Assembly (NCBI GenBank): GCA_026391215.1 | Contig: JAPLDX010000115.1 | Location: 1 to 22,227, forward strand | Direction: 5' to 3' | DNA length: 22,227 nucleotides | Source: Bacteroidia bacterium | GTDB lineage: Bacteria; Bacteroidota; Bacteroidia; Bacteroidales; VadinHA17 | The notes under the pieces: generated by a model | What the model saw: only the letters and a program-made list of their open reading frames with translations | Told to the model about the DNA's origin: nothing | Database searches by the model: none | Position numbers and translations under genes: made by a program | Shown: in pieces, positions 1 to 10,100 of the stretch | Position numbering within the stretch: the stretch's first letter is position 1 | How the letters are laid out: each line of letters opens with the position of its first letter

Positions 1-126
1 AGTCATTCCTTCTGCAATGGCAACTAAAAGGGAAACAATTACAAAGGATATGAAGGAATCGAATTTAAACAGCAGGATCAGTACCAGAAGAAGACAAATT
101 CCCAGGATAACAATGAGGATTGGCAT
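1..126 (-). CDS. GntP-family gluconate/organic acid:H+ symporter, N-terminal part (runs off the window edge)
   Basis: ATG at 126 reads MPILIVILGICLLLVLILLFKFDSFISFVIVSLLVAIAEGMT, resembling the typical GntP start (MPLLIV..G..LLL.LI..FK.N.F.S). It lies directly downstream of the glycerate kinase on the same strand. Confidence 0.75.
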   Translation of the reverse strand, partial: MPILIVILGICLLLVLILLFKFDSFISFVIVSLLVAIAEGMT

Positions 127-184
127 AGACTGTTTAAATTAGACTTTTAAATATGTTGTTAAATATAGAAATTAAATGTATCGG

Positions 185-1489
185 CTAGTCAACAATTATC
201 ACAACCAGGTCCATTACGTTGGTCATAGTTGGTCCGGTATAAATATGGCCTCCAACAGATTTAAAGAAATGAAAAGAATCGAACTCCTTTAAATATTTTT
301 CCGGATCAATGTTTGTCGACAGAGCATCGTGTACGGTCTCTGAATCAACTACAGCCCCTGCCATATCAGTGTTGCCATCATTACCGTCAGTGCCTGCCGA
401 CAGGAAAGTTATTCCCGGGATATTACCCAGACGCAGGGCAGCTGTAAGAGCCAGGTGCTGGTTCCTGCCTCCCATTCCTCCCCTTGTAACTTTCACAGTG
501 ATCTCGCCGCCGAACAGCAGGCAGACCGGCTTCTGCAAAGCATTGTCGTTCTTGTATTTATATATCATTTCCCTGAACCATACACAGGCGCCTTCAGGAT
601 CTCCGAATAACTCAGATGTCAAGATAAAAGTCGTAAATCCAAGATCTTCAGCTTCAGCTTTTGCAGCCTGAAGTGCTAATCTGTTAGTACCTGCAAAAAA
701 TGTCCTGGTATCGGCAAACAACGGATCACCGGGTTTAGGCGTTTCCTGCTGCCTGCCCTGAACACCCTCAGTCAGGTAATTTAACAGCCCTGAAGGCATT
801 TGGCTTCTGAGGTTGTAATCTTCAATTATTTTTAAAGCGTCTGCAAATGTTGAATTATCAGGGACAGTAGGACCTGATGCAATGCTGTCCGCCGGATCGC
901 CCACAACATCAGATAAGAGAACAGTTAAAAAAGAGGCCGGTCTTATCCGTCTGGCCAGCTGCCCTCCCTTCACTTTTGATAAGTGTTTTCTAACCGTGTT
1001 TATCTTACTGGTATCTGCCCCGCAATTTATAAGCATTTCATTCATACGGGCAATTTCATCCGCAGAAGATATTTCAGGATAATCAGCCAGCAATGATGAT
1101 CCTCCTCCTGAAAAAGGGCAGATAACCAGATCATCATCAGAAGCTTTATCAGCAATATTCAAAATATCCTCTGTTGCCATGAAGCTGACAGGATGACCGG
1201 CTTCGGTGACTTTAATATATCTGAGTTTGCAGTAGCAACCATATTTTGTTATGATATGCCCTCCGGTAATCCTCTTTCCAAGGATATTTTCAACATAATG
1301 GCCCATGGAGGCACTTGCCTTGCCTGCCCCAAGAACATATATATTGCTGATCTTTCCCAGGTCATAGTTCTGGTAACCTATCTTCAGCTGTGATCCTTTT
1401 ACTGAAAACAGATCGCTGATCAGCTTTCCGGGAAGCACTCCTTTTACCCCGGCAAGGAAAATATGTTCGGCTGTCTCCCGGTTATTCAT
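185..1489 (-). CDS. Glycerate 2-kinase (GckA/TtuD, DUF4147 + MOFRL)
   Basis: Motifs GAGKAS, SGGGSSL, RKHLSKVKGGQLA, SDVVGD..IASGPT, GGRNQ, GTDG.DG, TGPT.TNV.D. Start taken at MNNRETAE (1489); the longer ORF overlaps the upstream gene. Confidence 0.9.
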   Translation of the reverse strand: MNNRETAEHIFLAGVKGVLPGKLISDLFSVKGSQLKIGYQNYDLGKISNIYVLGAGKASASMGHYVENILGKRITGGHIITKYGCYCKLRYIKVTEAGHPVSFMATEDILNIADKASDDDLVICPFSGGGSSLLADYPEISSADEIARMNEMLINCGADTSKINTVRKHLSKVKGGQLARRIRPASFLTVLLSDVVGDPADSIASGPTVPDNSTFADALKIIEDYNLRSQMPSGLLNYLTEGVQGRQQETPKPGDPLFADTRTFFAGTNRLALQAAKAEAEDLGFTTFILTSELFGDPEGACVWFREMIYKYKNDNALQKPVCLLFGGEITVKVTRGGMGGRNQHLALTAALRLGNIPGITFLSAGTDGNDGNTDMAGAVVDSETVHDALSTNIDPEKYLKEFDSFHFFKSVGGHIYTGPTMTNVMDLVVIIVD

Positions 1490-1517
1490 TTTATGTAAAA
1501 ATCCTTCTTTGACATAT

Positions 1518-2750
1518 TTACCCGAAGAACAGATAAGCAACAAGAATAGCTGCCGTGAAGCCTGCAAGGTCGGCAAGTAGCCCGCAGCCAATCGAGTACC
1601 TTGCATTTTTTATCCCCACCGATCCAAAATATACAGCTACTATATAAAAGGTGGTATCTGTTGTTCCCTGCATTGTACAAGCCAGCCTTCCGACAAATGA
1701 ATCAGGTCCGTATGTAGTCATGGCATCTACCATTAGTCCTCTTGCGCCGCTGCCGCTGAGAGGTTTCATGAATGCCACAGGCAAAGCGCCGGTAAACCTT
1801 GTATCCACACCCAGCCAGGCAAAAAATGCTGTGATCCCTGAAATAATAAAGTCCATGGCGCCTGATGCTCTGAAGATGCCAATGGCAACAAGAATAGCCA
1901 CCAGGAAAGGAATTATCTTCACTGCAATATTAAAGCCTTCTTTGGCTCCTTCAATAAAGGCATCATAAACATTCACCTTCTTAATAAGAGCAAGGACAAT
2001 GAATATTACAATTACCAGAATCAGAATGAAGTTTGCTGAGAATGTCGATACTGATGATATCTGCTCCTTTGGCAGCCTGCTGAAAAAGAGTATTATGCCG
2101 GCAATGATGACAGTAAGTCCTCCGAGGTAAGCGACGATAACCTTGTCAAAGAGATTTATCTTCTGAATTATTGCCACGCTTATCAGTCCTGTCATCAAAG
2201 CAAAGAAGGTTGAAATGAGAATAGGAATAAAGATATCAGCAGGATTGGCTGCTCCCAGCTGCATTCTGTAAACAATGACGCTCACGGGTATTATTGTCAG
2301 CCCTGAAGCATTAAGGACAAGGAACATTATCTGTGCATTTGATGCAGATTCCTTGTTTGGATTCACTTCCTGCATCTCCTTCATGGCCTTCAGTCCTACA
2401 GGTGTTGCAGCATTGTCGAGATTTAGCATATTGGCTGCAATATTCAGCATTATTGAACCGTATGCAGGGTGCCCTTTCGGCAAACCCGGAAATATCTTCT
2501 CAAAGAGAGGGCCCATTGCCCTCCCAAGAATGCTGACAACTCCTCCCTTCTCTCCCACCTTCAGCAATCCCATCCAGAGTGTCAGGGCTCCTGTGAGACC
2601 CAGGGAGATCTCAAAACCGGTTTTTGCATTTACGAAAACAGCGCTTACCAGATCGTTGAATATCTGGGTATTACCAGTGAAAATTAGTTTGCCAAGTGCG
2701 ACAAGAAATCCAATGAGGAAGAAGGCGATCCAGATGTAGTTTAAGGCCAT
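1518..2750 (-). CDS. Fused SpmA/SpmB nucleoside-recognition (Gate) domain membrane protein
   Basis: MALNYIWIAFF start, N..ANML.LDNAATP.GLKAM, VYDAFIEGAKEGF, KPLSGSGARG, TDTTFYIVAVYFGSVGIK; ~410 aa and hydrophobic. Confidence 0.9.
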   Translation of the reverse strand: MALNYIWIAFFLIGFLVALGKLIFTGNTQIFNDLVSAVFVNAKTGFEISLGLTGALTLWMGLLKVGEKGGVVSILGRAMGPLFEKIFPGLPKGHPAYGSIMLNIAANMLNLDNAATPVGLKAMKEMQEVNPNKESASNAQIMFLVLNASGLTIIPVSVIVYRMQLGAANPADIFIPILISTFFALMTGLISVAIIQKINLFDKVIVAYLGGLTVIIAGIILFFSRLPKEQISSVSTFSANFILILVIVIFIVLALIKKVNVYDAFIEGAKEGFNIAVKIIPFLVAILVAIGIFRASGAMDFIISGITAFFAWLGVDTRFTGALPVAFMKPLSGSGARGLMVDAMTTYGPDSFVGRLACTMQGTTDTTFYIVAVYFGSVGIKNARYSIGCGLLADLAGFTAAILVAYLFFG

Positions 2751-2767
2751 ACAAGGATTTTGAGTAA

Positions 2768-2775
2768 CGAAGATA
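2768..2775 (-). promoter_or_regulatory. Possible Bacteroidota -7 box (TATCTTCG) for the spmAB-like gene
   Basis: One mismatch to TAnnTTTG, 17 nt upstream of the ATG at 2750. Confidence 0.4.
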
Positions 2776-2780
2776 GCTAT

Positions 2781-2815
2781 TAAAGATAAAAGACAAAAGG
2801 CAAAAGATAAAAATG
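2781..2815. repeat. Degenerate 7-mer tandem repeat (AAAAGAT-like, ~5 units)
   Basis: taaagat aaaagac aaaaggc aaaagat aaaaatg. Confidence 0.7.
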
Positions 2816-2857
2816 GAATATAGACCCGGAGTGAATCGAAGGGTAAAAAAATAAAAA

Positions 2858-4018
2858 TCAGAACTCCACTATAAAAGCATTCAGCTTCTTCCATGAGACT
2901 ACCTGAGTATTATTGCTTCTCATTTGTGAAGTGTCCCCTGAATATACTACTGCTCCTGATCCGGTTCCGCTTAGTTCTTTCCAGTATTCAACCGCTTTAA
3001 AAAACTCACCCGTAATGGTTTGGCCTGATTTTATTTCAACCGGGAATAACATTCTTCCTTTTTCAATCAGGACATCAATCTCATGACCGGTATTATCTCT
3101 CCAGAAGAACAGGTTAGCATTTATCCCTTTATTAAAAAAGTGCTTTTTTAACTCACTCACGATAAAAGTTTCAAAGATATTTCCGTAAAGCGGGTGCAGT
3201 GTCAACTGCTGTTCATCATGAATACCCAACAGCGAACATACCAGTCCGGAATCATAAAAATAGAGCTTTGGCATCTTAACTACTCGTTTATTAAAATTAC
3301 GATGATGCGGATATAGCCTGTAGGAGATGAAACTATTTTCGAGTATCCCCAGCCAGGAACTAATGGTCTTATTATCCGCACCCGTATCAAGCGCCAGACT
3401 GCTGACATTCAGTAGTTGACCCGTCCTTCCGGCACATAGTCTTATAAACCGTCCGAAAGTATTCAGATCCGATATGTTCTTTATCTGTCTGACATCCCTT
3501 TCAACATAAGTCCGGATATAATTCGGATACCACCTGTCAAAGGAAATATCCTGATCATATAAAGGAGGATAGCAGCCTTTAAGGATTTGTTCACTCAAGC
3601 TCTTTATGCTTCTTCGCGGAAGCTCTGAAACTGTAAATGGTAACAGATACAAATATGCTATCCTTCCTGCAAGACTCTGTGATATGCTTTCCTGCAGCAG
3701 GAAATTGTTGGATCCTGTAAGAATGAACTTACCTTTCGTTTTATCCTCATCCAGAACCTGCTGCAGATATGAAAACAGGTCAGGCACTCTCTGGATTTCA
3801 TCGATAATTGCACCATTTCTGTACCGGGAAATAAATCCTCTCGGATCATCTGCAGCAAATTGCCTGTCATCAGGATTTTCAAGATTTACATACGGCTTAG
3901 ACCTGAATACATGTCTTGCAAGGGTAGTTTTTCCTGATTGTCTTGGACCGACAACTGCAACTGTTTTAAATTGCCCTGCCAGGTTTCTCAATTCCCGTTC
4001 TGCATCTCGTTTTATCAT
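2858..4018 (-). CDS. ATP-binding protein, AAA_14 + DUF4143 family
   Basis: Walker A GPRQSGKTT, Walker B IIDEIQ, LTGS, ESLAGR-like, K.PKLYFYDSGL, G.IFE.F, C-terminal EIDVL...PVEIKS nuclease-like motif. Confidence 0.92.
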   Translation of the reverse strand: MIKRDAERELRNLAGQFKTVAVVGPRQSGKTTLARHVFRSKPYVNLENPDDRQFAADDPRGFISRYRNGAIIDEIQRVPDLFSYLQQVLDEDKTKGKFILTGSNNFLLQESISQSLAGRIAYLYLLPFTVSELPRRSIKSLSEQILKGCYPPLYDQDISFDRWYPNYIRTYVERDVRQIKNISDLNTFGRFIRLCAGRTGQLLNVSSLALDTGADNKTISSWLGILENSFISYRLYPHHRNFNKRVVKMPKLYFYDSGLVCSLLGIHDEQQLTLHPLYGNIFETFIVSELKKHFFNKGINANLFFWRDNTGHEIDVLIEKGRMLFPVEIKSGQTITGEFFKAVEYWKELSGTGSGAVVYSGDTSQMRSNNTQVVSWKKLNAFIVEF

Positions 4019-4022
4019 AATG

Positions 4023-4054
4023 CAAATTTACAATTCTGGAATCAGATTCCCAAA
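4023..4054 (-). promoter_or_regulatory. Bacteroidota sigma70 promoter (TTTG-N20-TAAATTTG) for the AAA/DUF4143 gene
   Basis: Minus strand: TTTG at 4054-4051, a 20-nt spacer, TAAATTTG at 4030-4023, then only CATT before the ATG. Confidence 0.7.
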
Positions 4055-4115
4055 TTGTAAGGATATTTTTTTGATGCTTGTATCTTTAATGAATGTCATG
4101 CTGGCATGGGGCGGA

Positions 4116-4164
4116 GGACCGAGGACCCAGGACCCAGGACCCAGAACCCAGTACCTGGTACCTT
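4116..4164. repeat. 7-mer tandem repeat (GGACCCA-like, 7 units)
   Basis: ggaccga ggaccca ggaccca ggaccca gaaccca gtacctg gtacctt, in the divergent intergenic region. Confidence 0.85.
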
Positions 4165-4206
4165 TCTTTAATCAGCCAGATTACTAAATATATTTATCAA
4201 TTTTAA

Positions 4207-4214
4207 TACATTTG
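4207..4214 (+). promoter_or_regulatory. Bacteroidota -7 box (TACATTTG) upstream of eda
   Basis: Exact TAnnTTTG match 18 nt before the ATG at 4233, in AT-rich context. Confidence 0.6.
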
Positions 4215-4232
4215 TAAAAATGTGTAATAATC

Positions 4233-4904
4233 ATGGCACGGTTTAACAGAATTGATGTTGCAATAAGAATGAGGGAAGCAGGCATAATTCCCATATTTTA
4301 TAATAAGGATCCCGAGATATGCAGGAATGTTGTCAAAGCTTGCTACGAAGGCGGGATCAAAGTATTTGAATTCACAAACAGGGGTGATTTTGCTCATGAT
4401 GTTTTCGGTGATCTTAATAAATGGGCCGAGAAAGAACTTCCTGATCTGGTTCTGGGTGCAGGATCAGTTGTTGATGCCGGAACAGCTTCACTTTATATAC
4501 AGCTTGGAGCAAATTTCATAGTATCTCCGATCCTGAATCCTGATATGGCAAAGGTCTGCAACAGGCGTAAAGTACTTTGGTCGCCCGGGTGCGGATCTGC
4601 ATCAGAAATAAGTTACGCAGAAGAACTTGGTGCTGAGATAATCAAGATCTTCCCCGGCAAATCAGTGGGAGGGCCTGATTTTATTAAATCCATGAAGGGA
4701 CCATGTCCCTGGACAAGTCTCATGCCAACAGGCGGTGTGGCACCAACAGCTGAAAACCTGAAAGAGTGGTTTGAGGCCGGAGCAGTATGTGTCGGGATGG
4801 GAACTAACCTCATAACTAAGGACCTTGTGGCAAAGAAAGACTGGAAAGGCCTGACTGAACATGTCGCAGCAGCTTTAAAAATCGCTAACACTTATAAAAA
4901 ATAA
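4233..4904 (+). CDS. eda: Bifunctional 4-hydroxy-2-oxoglutarate / KDPG aldolase
   Basis: EFTNRGDFAH, GAGSVVD, GANFIVSP, Schiff-base K in KIFPG, GPCPW..MPTGGV; 223 aa, Bacteroides-type. Confidence 0.92.
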   Translation: MARFNRIDVAIRMREAGIIPIFYNKDPEICRNVVKACYEGGIKVFEFTNRGDFAHDVFGDLNKWAEKELPDLVLGAGSVVDAGTASLYIQLGANFIVSPILNPDMAKVCNRRKVLWSPGCGSASEISYAEELGAEIIKIFPGKSVGGPDFIKSMKGPCPWTSLMPTGGVAPTAENLKEWFEAGAVCVGMGTNLITKDLVAKKDWKGLTEHVAAALKIANTYKK

Positions 4905-4908
4905 TTAT

Positions 4909-5568
4909 ATGAAAAGATCATTATTAAGCAGTTCCGTTGCCTTTGTACTACTCGCATTCGGATTTCTGCAGAATATCAGTTCTCAGGATATAGTTCTTCC
5001 CGCACCTGACAAGACCGGAGGCAAACCGCTTATGCTGGCTCTGAATGAAAGACAGACAATAAGGACATTCACTGCTGATAATCTTACAAACCAGCAGCTT
5101 TCTGATCTTCTCTGGGCTGCATGGGGCTACAACAGACCTGCTGAAAAGAAAAGAACAGCTCCTTCATCAAGGAATGTCCAGGAAATTGATGTATATGCTG
5201 TACTGCAAACCGGCTTATATCTCTATGTGGCAGAGACACATACGCTGAAACAAATACATAACAGGGATATCCGGGCTCTTTGTGGCACTCAGGATTTTGT
5301 CGGGACAGCTCCTCTCAATCTTATTTATGTTGCCGATATGGCAAAGTTCGGAAAGAAGGAAGGTGATGAGATAAAGGATTCAGAGCTCCTTTCACCTTAT
5401 GTCAACACAGGATTTATTGCCCAGAATGTCTATCTCTATTGTGCATCTGCCAACCTGGGATGCGTGGTGAGAGGGATGGTTCCGAAAGACAAGCTGGCGC
5501 CGGAGATGGGACTCAGGTCAAACCAGAGGATTATTCTGGGGCATACGATAGGAGTGCCGGTTAAATAA
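4909..5568 (+). CDS. Nitroreductase / SagB-ThcOx family flavoprotein with an N-terminal signal peptide
   Basis: LP.P...GG.PLM.AL.ERQT.R, LSDLLWAA.G.NR, RTAPSS.N.QEID, G.IAQNVYLYCAS..LG.VVRG. Confidence 0.88.
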   Translation: MKRSLLSSSVAFVLLAFGFLQNISSQDIVLPAPDKTGGKPLMLALNERQTIRTFTADNLTNQQLSDLLWAAWGYNRPAEKKRTAPSSRNVQEIDVYAVLQTGLYLYVAETHTLKQIHNRDIRALCGTQDFVGTAPLNLIYVADMAKFGKKEGDEIKDSELLSPYVNTGFIAQNVYLYCASANLGCVVRGMVPKDKLAPEMGLRSNQRIILGHTIGVPVK

Positions 5569-5572
5569 TAAA

Positions 5573-5644
5573 TCGTTCGAGCGTTTGATCGTTTGATCGT
5601 TTGATCGTACCTTCGTACCTTCGAACTATCGAACCATCGAACCT
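5573..5644. repeat. 9 x 8-mer tandem repeat whose two halves are mutually complementary; likely a bidirectional terminator
   Basis: tcgttcga gcgtttga tcgtttga tcgtttga tcgtacct tcgtacct tcgaacta tcgaacca tcgaacct, filling the gap between convergent stop codons. Confidence 0.85.
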
Positions 5645-7090
5645 TCATTCTCCTGGCGCCCGGTACAGTTCTATATTTGAGATTACCGGGCAGGCTTTTG
5701 ATTTCATAATAGTCACCTTGATTTTACTGGTTTCGGTTACGGGGAATTTCCTTATCACCTTGTTACCTATTGTCGTACCCTCAACAAGTTGAGTCCATTC
5801 TCCATCGACCAGAGCTTCAACTTTAAATCCCTGGACTCTCTGTCCAAGCTTTATATATTCCTGGAGGATGATCCTGTTTACTTCAGTTCCGGCGCCCAGA
5901 TCGATAATGAGTTCAGGTGTTGTGACATCATCTTTTGTAGTCCAGTATGTGTCAGGGTTTCCATCGACAGTATTGGATGATTTAAAATCCTTTCCCCTGC
6001 TGTCTGATGCTGCTACTTTCATGCCTTTTGCCAGATCAGTTTCGAATTCCTTATCCAGCAGTTCTTTGAAAGCCATCAGTGATTCAACATCCTTTTCATT
6101 CAGAAGTCCTCTGTTGTCTGGAGGAACATTAAGCAAAAGGTTGCTGTTTCTTCCGATAGAGGAATAATACAACTCCAGGAGGTTTTCCGGTGATCTTACC
6201 AGAGAATCCTGCGACTCGTGCCAGAACCAGCCCGGACGTATAGAGACATCAACCTCAGCAGGAACCCAGTATTTTCCATCCTCATTTCCTTCTCCCAGCA
6301 TCCCGGCAAAATCTCCGCCCGGGTACATGTCATCCTTGTTAAGCAGGCACCAGTTGGTTGTACTGCCCATTCCTTTTTCATTTCCAACCCACCTTACATC
6401 GGGGCCTGCATCGCTGAATATTACTGCATTAGGCTGTAACTCCTTGACTATGACATGCGTAAACAACCAGTCATAATAAGTCTTATTATCAATTTTCCTT
6501 GTCTCTTTTGCCCCGCCATAATAGCCGTCACCTCCATTGGCGCCATCGAACCAGACCTCAAAAATATCACCATAGCCTGTTAATAGCTCGGTAAGCTGGC
6601 CGCGATAATAAGGAAGATATTCAGGAGTACCATAGACAGAACTGTTACGATCCCATGGGGAAAGATAAACACCCATCATCAACCCATATTCATCACATGC
6701 CTGACGAAGCTCCATGATCACATCACCTTGCCCGTCTTTCCAGGGCGAATTCTTAACAGAATGTTCAGTTAATTTTGAGGGCCAGAGGCAGAATCCGTCG
6801 TGATGTTTTGCAGTGATTATGATGCCTTTCATTCCGGCATCACTCGCAACCTTTGCCCACTGGTTGCAATCGAGTTCCGTTGGATTGAAAACAGCTTCTT
6901 TTTCATCGCCATAACCCCACTCCTTATCTGTGAATGTATTAACAGTGAAATGCACAAACATGTAAAATTCCATCTCATGCCATGCCAGCTGACTCTCAGA
7001 GGGTACCGGACCGTATAGTTCCGGGGGTGTAACTTTCTTACAGGATGAAACCACCAGAATTACTATAAACAATAATGCAAACTTTTTCAT
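5645..7090 (-). CDS. Alpha-L-fucosidase GH29 lipoprotein with C-terminal F5/8 type C (CBM32-like) domain
   Basis: Lipobox LVVSSC, FVHF..NTF...EWG.G, TAKHHDGFCLWPS, YLSPWDR, nucleophile motif WFDGA, RWVGNE.G, SIRPGWF, SIGRN..LLLN.PP. Confidence 0.93.
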   Translation of the reverse strand: MKKFALLFIVILVVSSCKKVTPPELYGPVPSESQLAWHEMEFYMFVHFTVNTFTDKEWGYGDEKEAVFNPTELDCNQWAKVASDAGMKGIIITAKHHDGFCLWPSKLTEHSVKNSPWKDGQGDVIMELRQACDEYGLMMGVYLSPWDRNSSVYGTPEYLPYYRGQLTELLTGYGDIFEVWFDGANGGDGYYGGAKETRKIDNKTYYDWLFTHVIVKELQPNAVIFSDAGPDVRWVGNEKGMGSTTNWCLLNKDDMYPGGDFAGMLGEGNEDGKYWVPAEVDVSIRPGWFWHESQDSLVRSPENLLELYYSSIGRNSNLLLNVPPDNRGLLNEKDVESLMAFKELLDKEFETDLAKGMKVAASDSRGKDFKSSNTVDGNPDTYWTTKDDVTTPELIIDLGAGTEVNRIILQEYIKLGQRVQGFKVEALVDGEWTQLVEGTTIGNKVIRKFPVTETSKIKVTIMKSKACPVISNIELYRAPGE

Positions 7091-7110
7091 TTCATTGATA
7101 TCAGTAAAGG

Positions 7111-10100
7111 TTAATCTTTTAGATTAAGATCTTTTATTCGTATGTTACGGAATTTCAGTACCGAGCCATGACCCAGTAAACCTATATGTCCGGATCCGTT
7201 TTTCAATCCGGGATGATCTCGGTGATCCATCGTTCCATAATCCCGCGGTCCAGCAATATCACCATCAACAATTACAGTTCCGTTTAGAGTGACCTTTATT
7301 CTGGTTCCCTGCATGAATACCTCTTCATAATTCCATTCGCCGACAGGATTAAGGTAATCCCGTTTTGCAGGGATCACTCCATAGACCGAACCATGGTACT
7401 GATAGGGCTGCAGGTCAGCATATACCGGATCAGTATTATCAAGTATCTGGATTTCCATACCTGCATAGGCTGCATCGCCTTCCAGTGGAGCCCGTATCCC
7501 AAGTCCGTTATTTGCCGCCGGAGTAAGCTGAAATTCAAATCTGTAAATAAAATCAGCATATTCTTTTTCTGTGAAGAGATTCCCTCCGCTTCCCTTCTGG
7601 GGTTTGATGACAATCATGCCATCTTCAACAACATATGACACCTTATCACCAATCCAGTTATCTAGATTTCTGCCATTGAAAAGGGCAGCAAATCCTTCAG
7701 CCCTTTCATCAGGAGTAAGGTTATATTCTTTATCACTTATTTCTCTTACATAAATATCCCTGAAGGCGAGATCAGTTCCATGAGCCTGAAGCTCGATAGC
7801 TCCTACAGGGAAGATCGGGATATTACGGTCCCAGTAGTTCTCCATGGTCACGTCATCCACTACAAGTACACCGTTCAGCCATACAGAGACCTTTTCCCCG
7901 ATCATGATGATCCTGAATGTATTCCATTCCCCGACAGGATTATCAGCAACTTTGAGAGGTTTTGACAGATTTTCCTGGTTGTTATATAATCCGCCTGATC
8001 CCACCTGAGCTCCTGATTCAACTCTTGATGTATCCCATATCTGAACCTGCGGTGAACCCCTGAGATATATCCCGCTGTCCCCTTCCTTTGATATTTTCCA
8101 GTCTACAAGCATCTCAAAATCACCATATTCCTTTATAGAACACAGATTATCTCCGCTGCCATTAAACCAGATACAACCATCTTTAACGGTCCAGTTTCCC
8201 GGGACCTTTTTGTCAGCCTCAGCCTGTTTCCCTGAAAGTTCAGCTGGCTTCATCTTTGCCCTTGCAACCGGATTCTCGACAAGTCCCTGCCAGCCATCCA
8301 GATCCTTTCCGTTGAACATCGAAACAAAGCCCTCATCGGCAGGTAGGGTTTCAAGGTATTTGCTTATCATCTCCCGGTCATATTCACTTTCCTGTCCTTT
8401 CAGTATTGCCACAACTTTTGTAAGAATCTCCCTTACATTTAATCCGTACATTCCGGCTTTTTCTCCGACAGACGGAAGTGCGATGGACATAGCAGCTGTG
8501 TATGAAGTGGACGGATCATCAAGATAACCTGAAACAAAAAACAGCGATTGGTACGTTTTAACCTGTGCCAGTTGAGCAAGAATTTCATTTTTACGTTCCG
8601 GAGTAAAAGCATATTGCATCATCTTACGCAATAGAAGAAGCTTCTGTTCGTCTGGCACAGAAGCCGATGTTATCTGCTGTACATAACCTTCAAATGCTAG
8701 AGCTTCATACGTCTTATTGCCAGATGCACATATCTCATATAACGCTGATGAAGCAGAATGATCATTCCATGAGGTAAGTGCTTTAAAACAGATCTGCCTC
8801 ATTCCGGGGGTGCCATTTTCAAACTCCTTCAAAACAATAGCAAGAGCATCACGTCCTCCTGTTTTTGCAAGAACCGGGACAAGCTTTTCTTTTCCTTCGC
8901 CGCCCTCCAATGCTTTCAGGATCAGCGATGACCGTTTCTGAAGATCTGCAGTTTTGCAGGCAGCCCCGACAAGAGCTGACTGAACATCAGACACATATTC
9001 AGCATTATCAGTTTTCAGCAGGAGGATGATCAGATCCTTCTGGTCCTTTTCCCCTGCAAGGCTTTCAAGTGCTTTGAAAGCAACACTCTTCAAACCTTCA
9101 TCGGATGAGTCAGTAAAAGATAATACATCACTGAAGTATTCCTGTCCTTTATACCATGCCATAAGTTCTATCACACTTTTTTTTGCAGCAGGAGAACCAC
9201 TCTGAAGCACAGGCTTAAGCTGAAGTATTTCACTGCTTCCGGCTGTGATCTTCAGAGAGGCAACCGCTGCAGCCTGGTCTTCAGGTGTATCGTGTTCCAT
9301 TATATATGCAATAAGCTGCGGGACTGCTTTTTTACCGCTGATCCTTGCCAGTGATTCTGCAGCGGCACATCTTACAGCCGGATCATCATTTTTCAGTGAC
9401 ACGGTTAAAAGAGGAATTGCCTTTTCCCCTCCACGGTTACCAAGCATATATAAGATTTCCGGTTGCGCCTCAGGGATAGCCCCTGGGAAAAATGCGATCC
9501 ACTTCTCAATAAACTCAGCTTCTCTGTCATAACCTGGCATATTTATGGCAGCTGTTCTGTACTTGATATCGGGGTGGACAGCAGCTTTGAACAGGTAATT
9601 CATGGCATCCGGACCATGATATCTTACATATGTTTCAAGCGCTGCAGTTTTATAATGAACAGTCTGGTCTTCGTTGCACTTTTTCATCAGCATTTTGCAC
9701 ACTCTATCCATTGTTGCCACATCACCTTTCCATCCGGCGCTTTGAGCATAGGTCAGCAAGGCAGATGTCGCTCCTGTAGCTTCCCATCTGAATGAATTGC
9801 TTTTGGCTGCCTTAAGGAGCACAGGATATGCTTGCGTGCTTCCGCTTTTTGCGAGAGCATGGTATGCCGATGCTTTTATATCCGGATTTTCGCTGGAAAT
9901 CCACCATATATATTCATTCACGGCAAGCTGAGAATTTATATGTGCCAGTGAATTCATAACAGCGGCAGCACATGGAAGGTCCCTGTTTTTAAGAGATTCA
10001 GCCAGAGCTGTTTCAGCTGTTTTTCCCCCGATAGCGGTAATTGCTCCAAGGGCAGGACCACATATTTCTATATCAGTAAGGTACATTTTTAAAGCTTCAA

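Noticed and set aside
1490-1606. N-terminal extensions in the ORF track (also 2751-2894, 11801-11902, 17327-17416)
   Set aside because: They overlap neighbouring genes, promoters or repeats; family homology or signal peptides begin at the downstream Met.
3606-4187. 193-aa plus-strand ORF ending in GPRTQDPGPRTQ
   Set aside because: Antisense shadow of the AAA gene; the repeat peptide is only the translated heptamer array.
4233-4904. Functional link of the KHG aldolase and glycerate kinase to hydroxyproline catabolism by HypD
   Set aside because: HypD yields P5C, not 4-hydroxy-2-oxoglutarate. The genes are ~14 kb apart in separate units, and eda fits better with sugar-acid metabolism (GntP nearby).
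4909-5568. RiPP (azole) biosynthesis suggested by the SagB/ThcOx-like protein
   Set aside because: No YcaO, precursor peptide or transporter is nearby; stand-alone exported nitroreductases of this kind are common in Bacteroidota.
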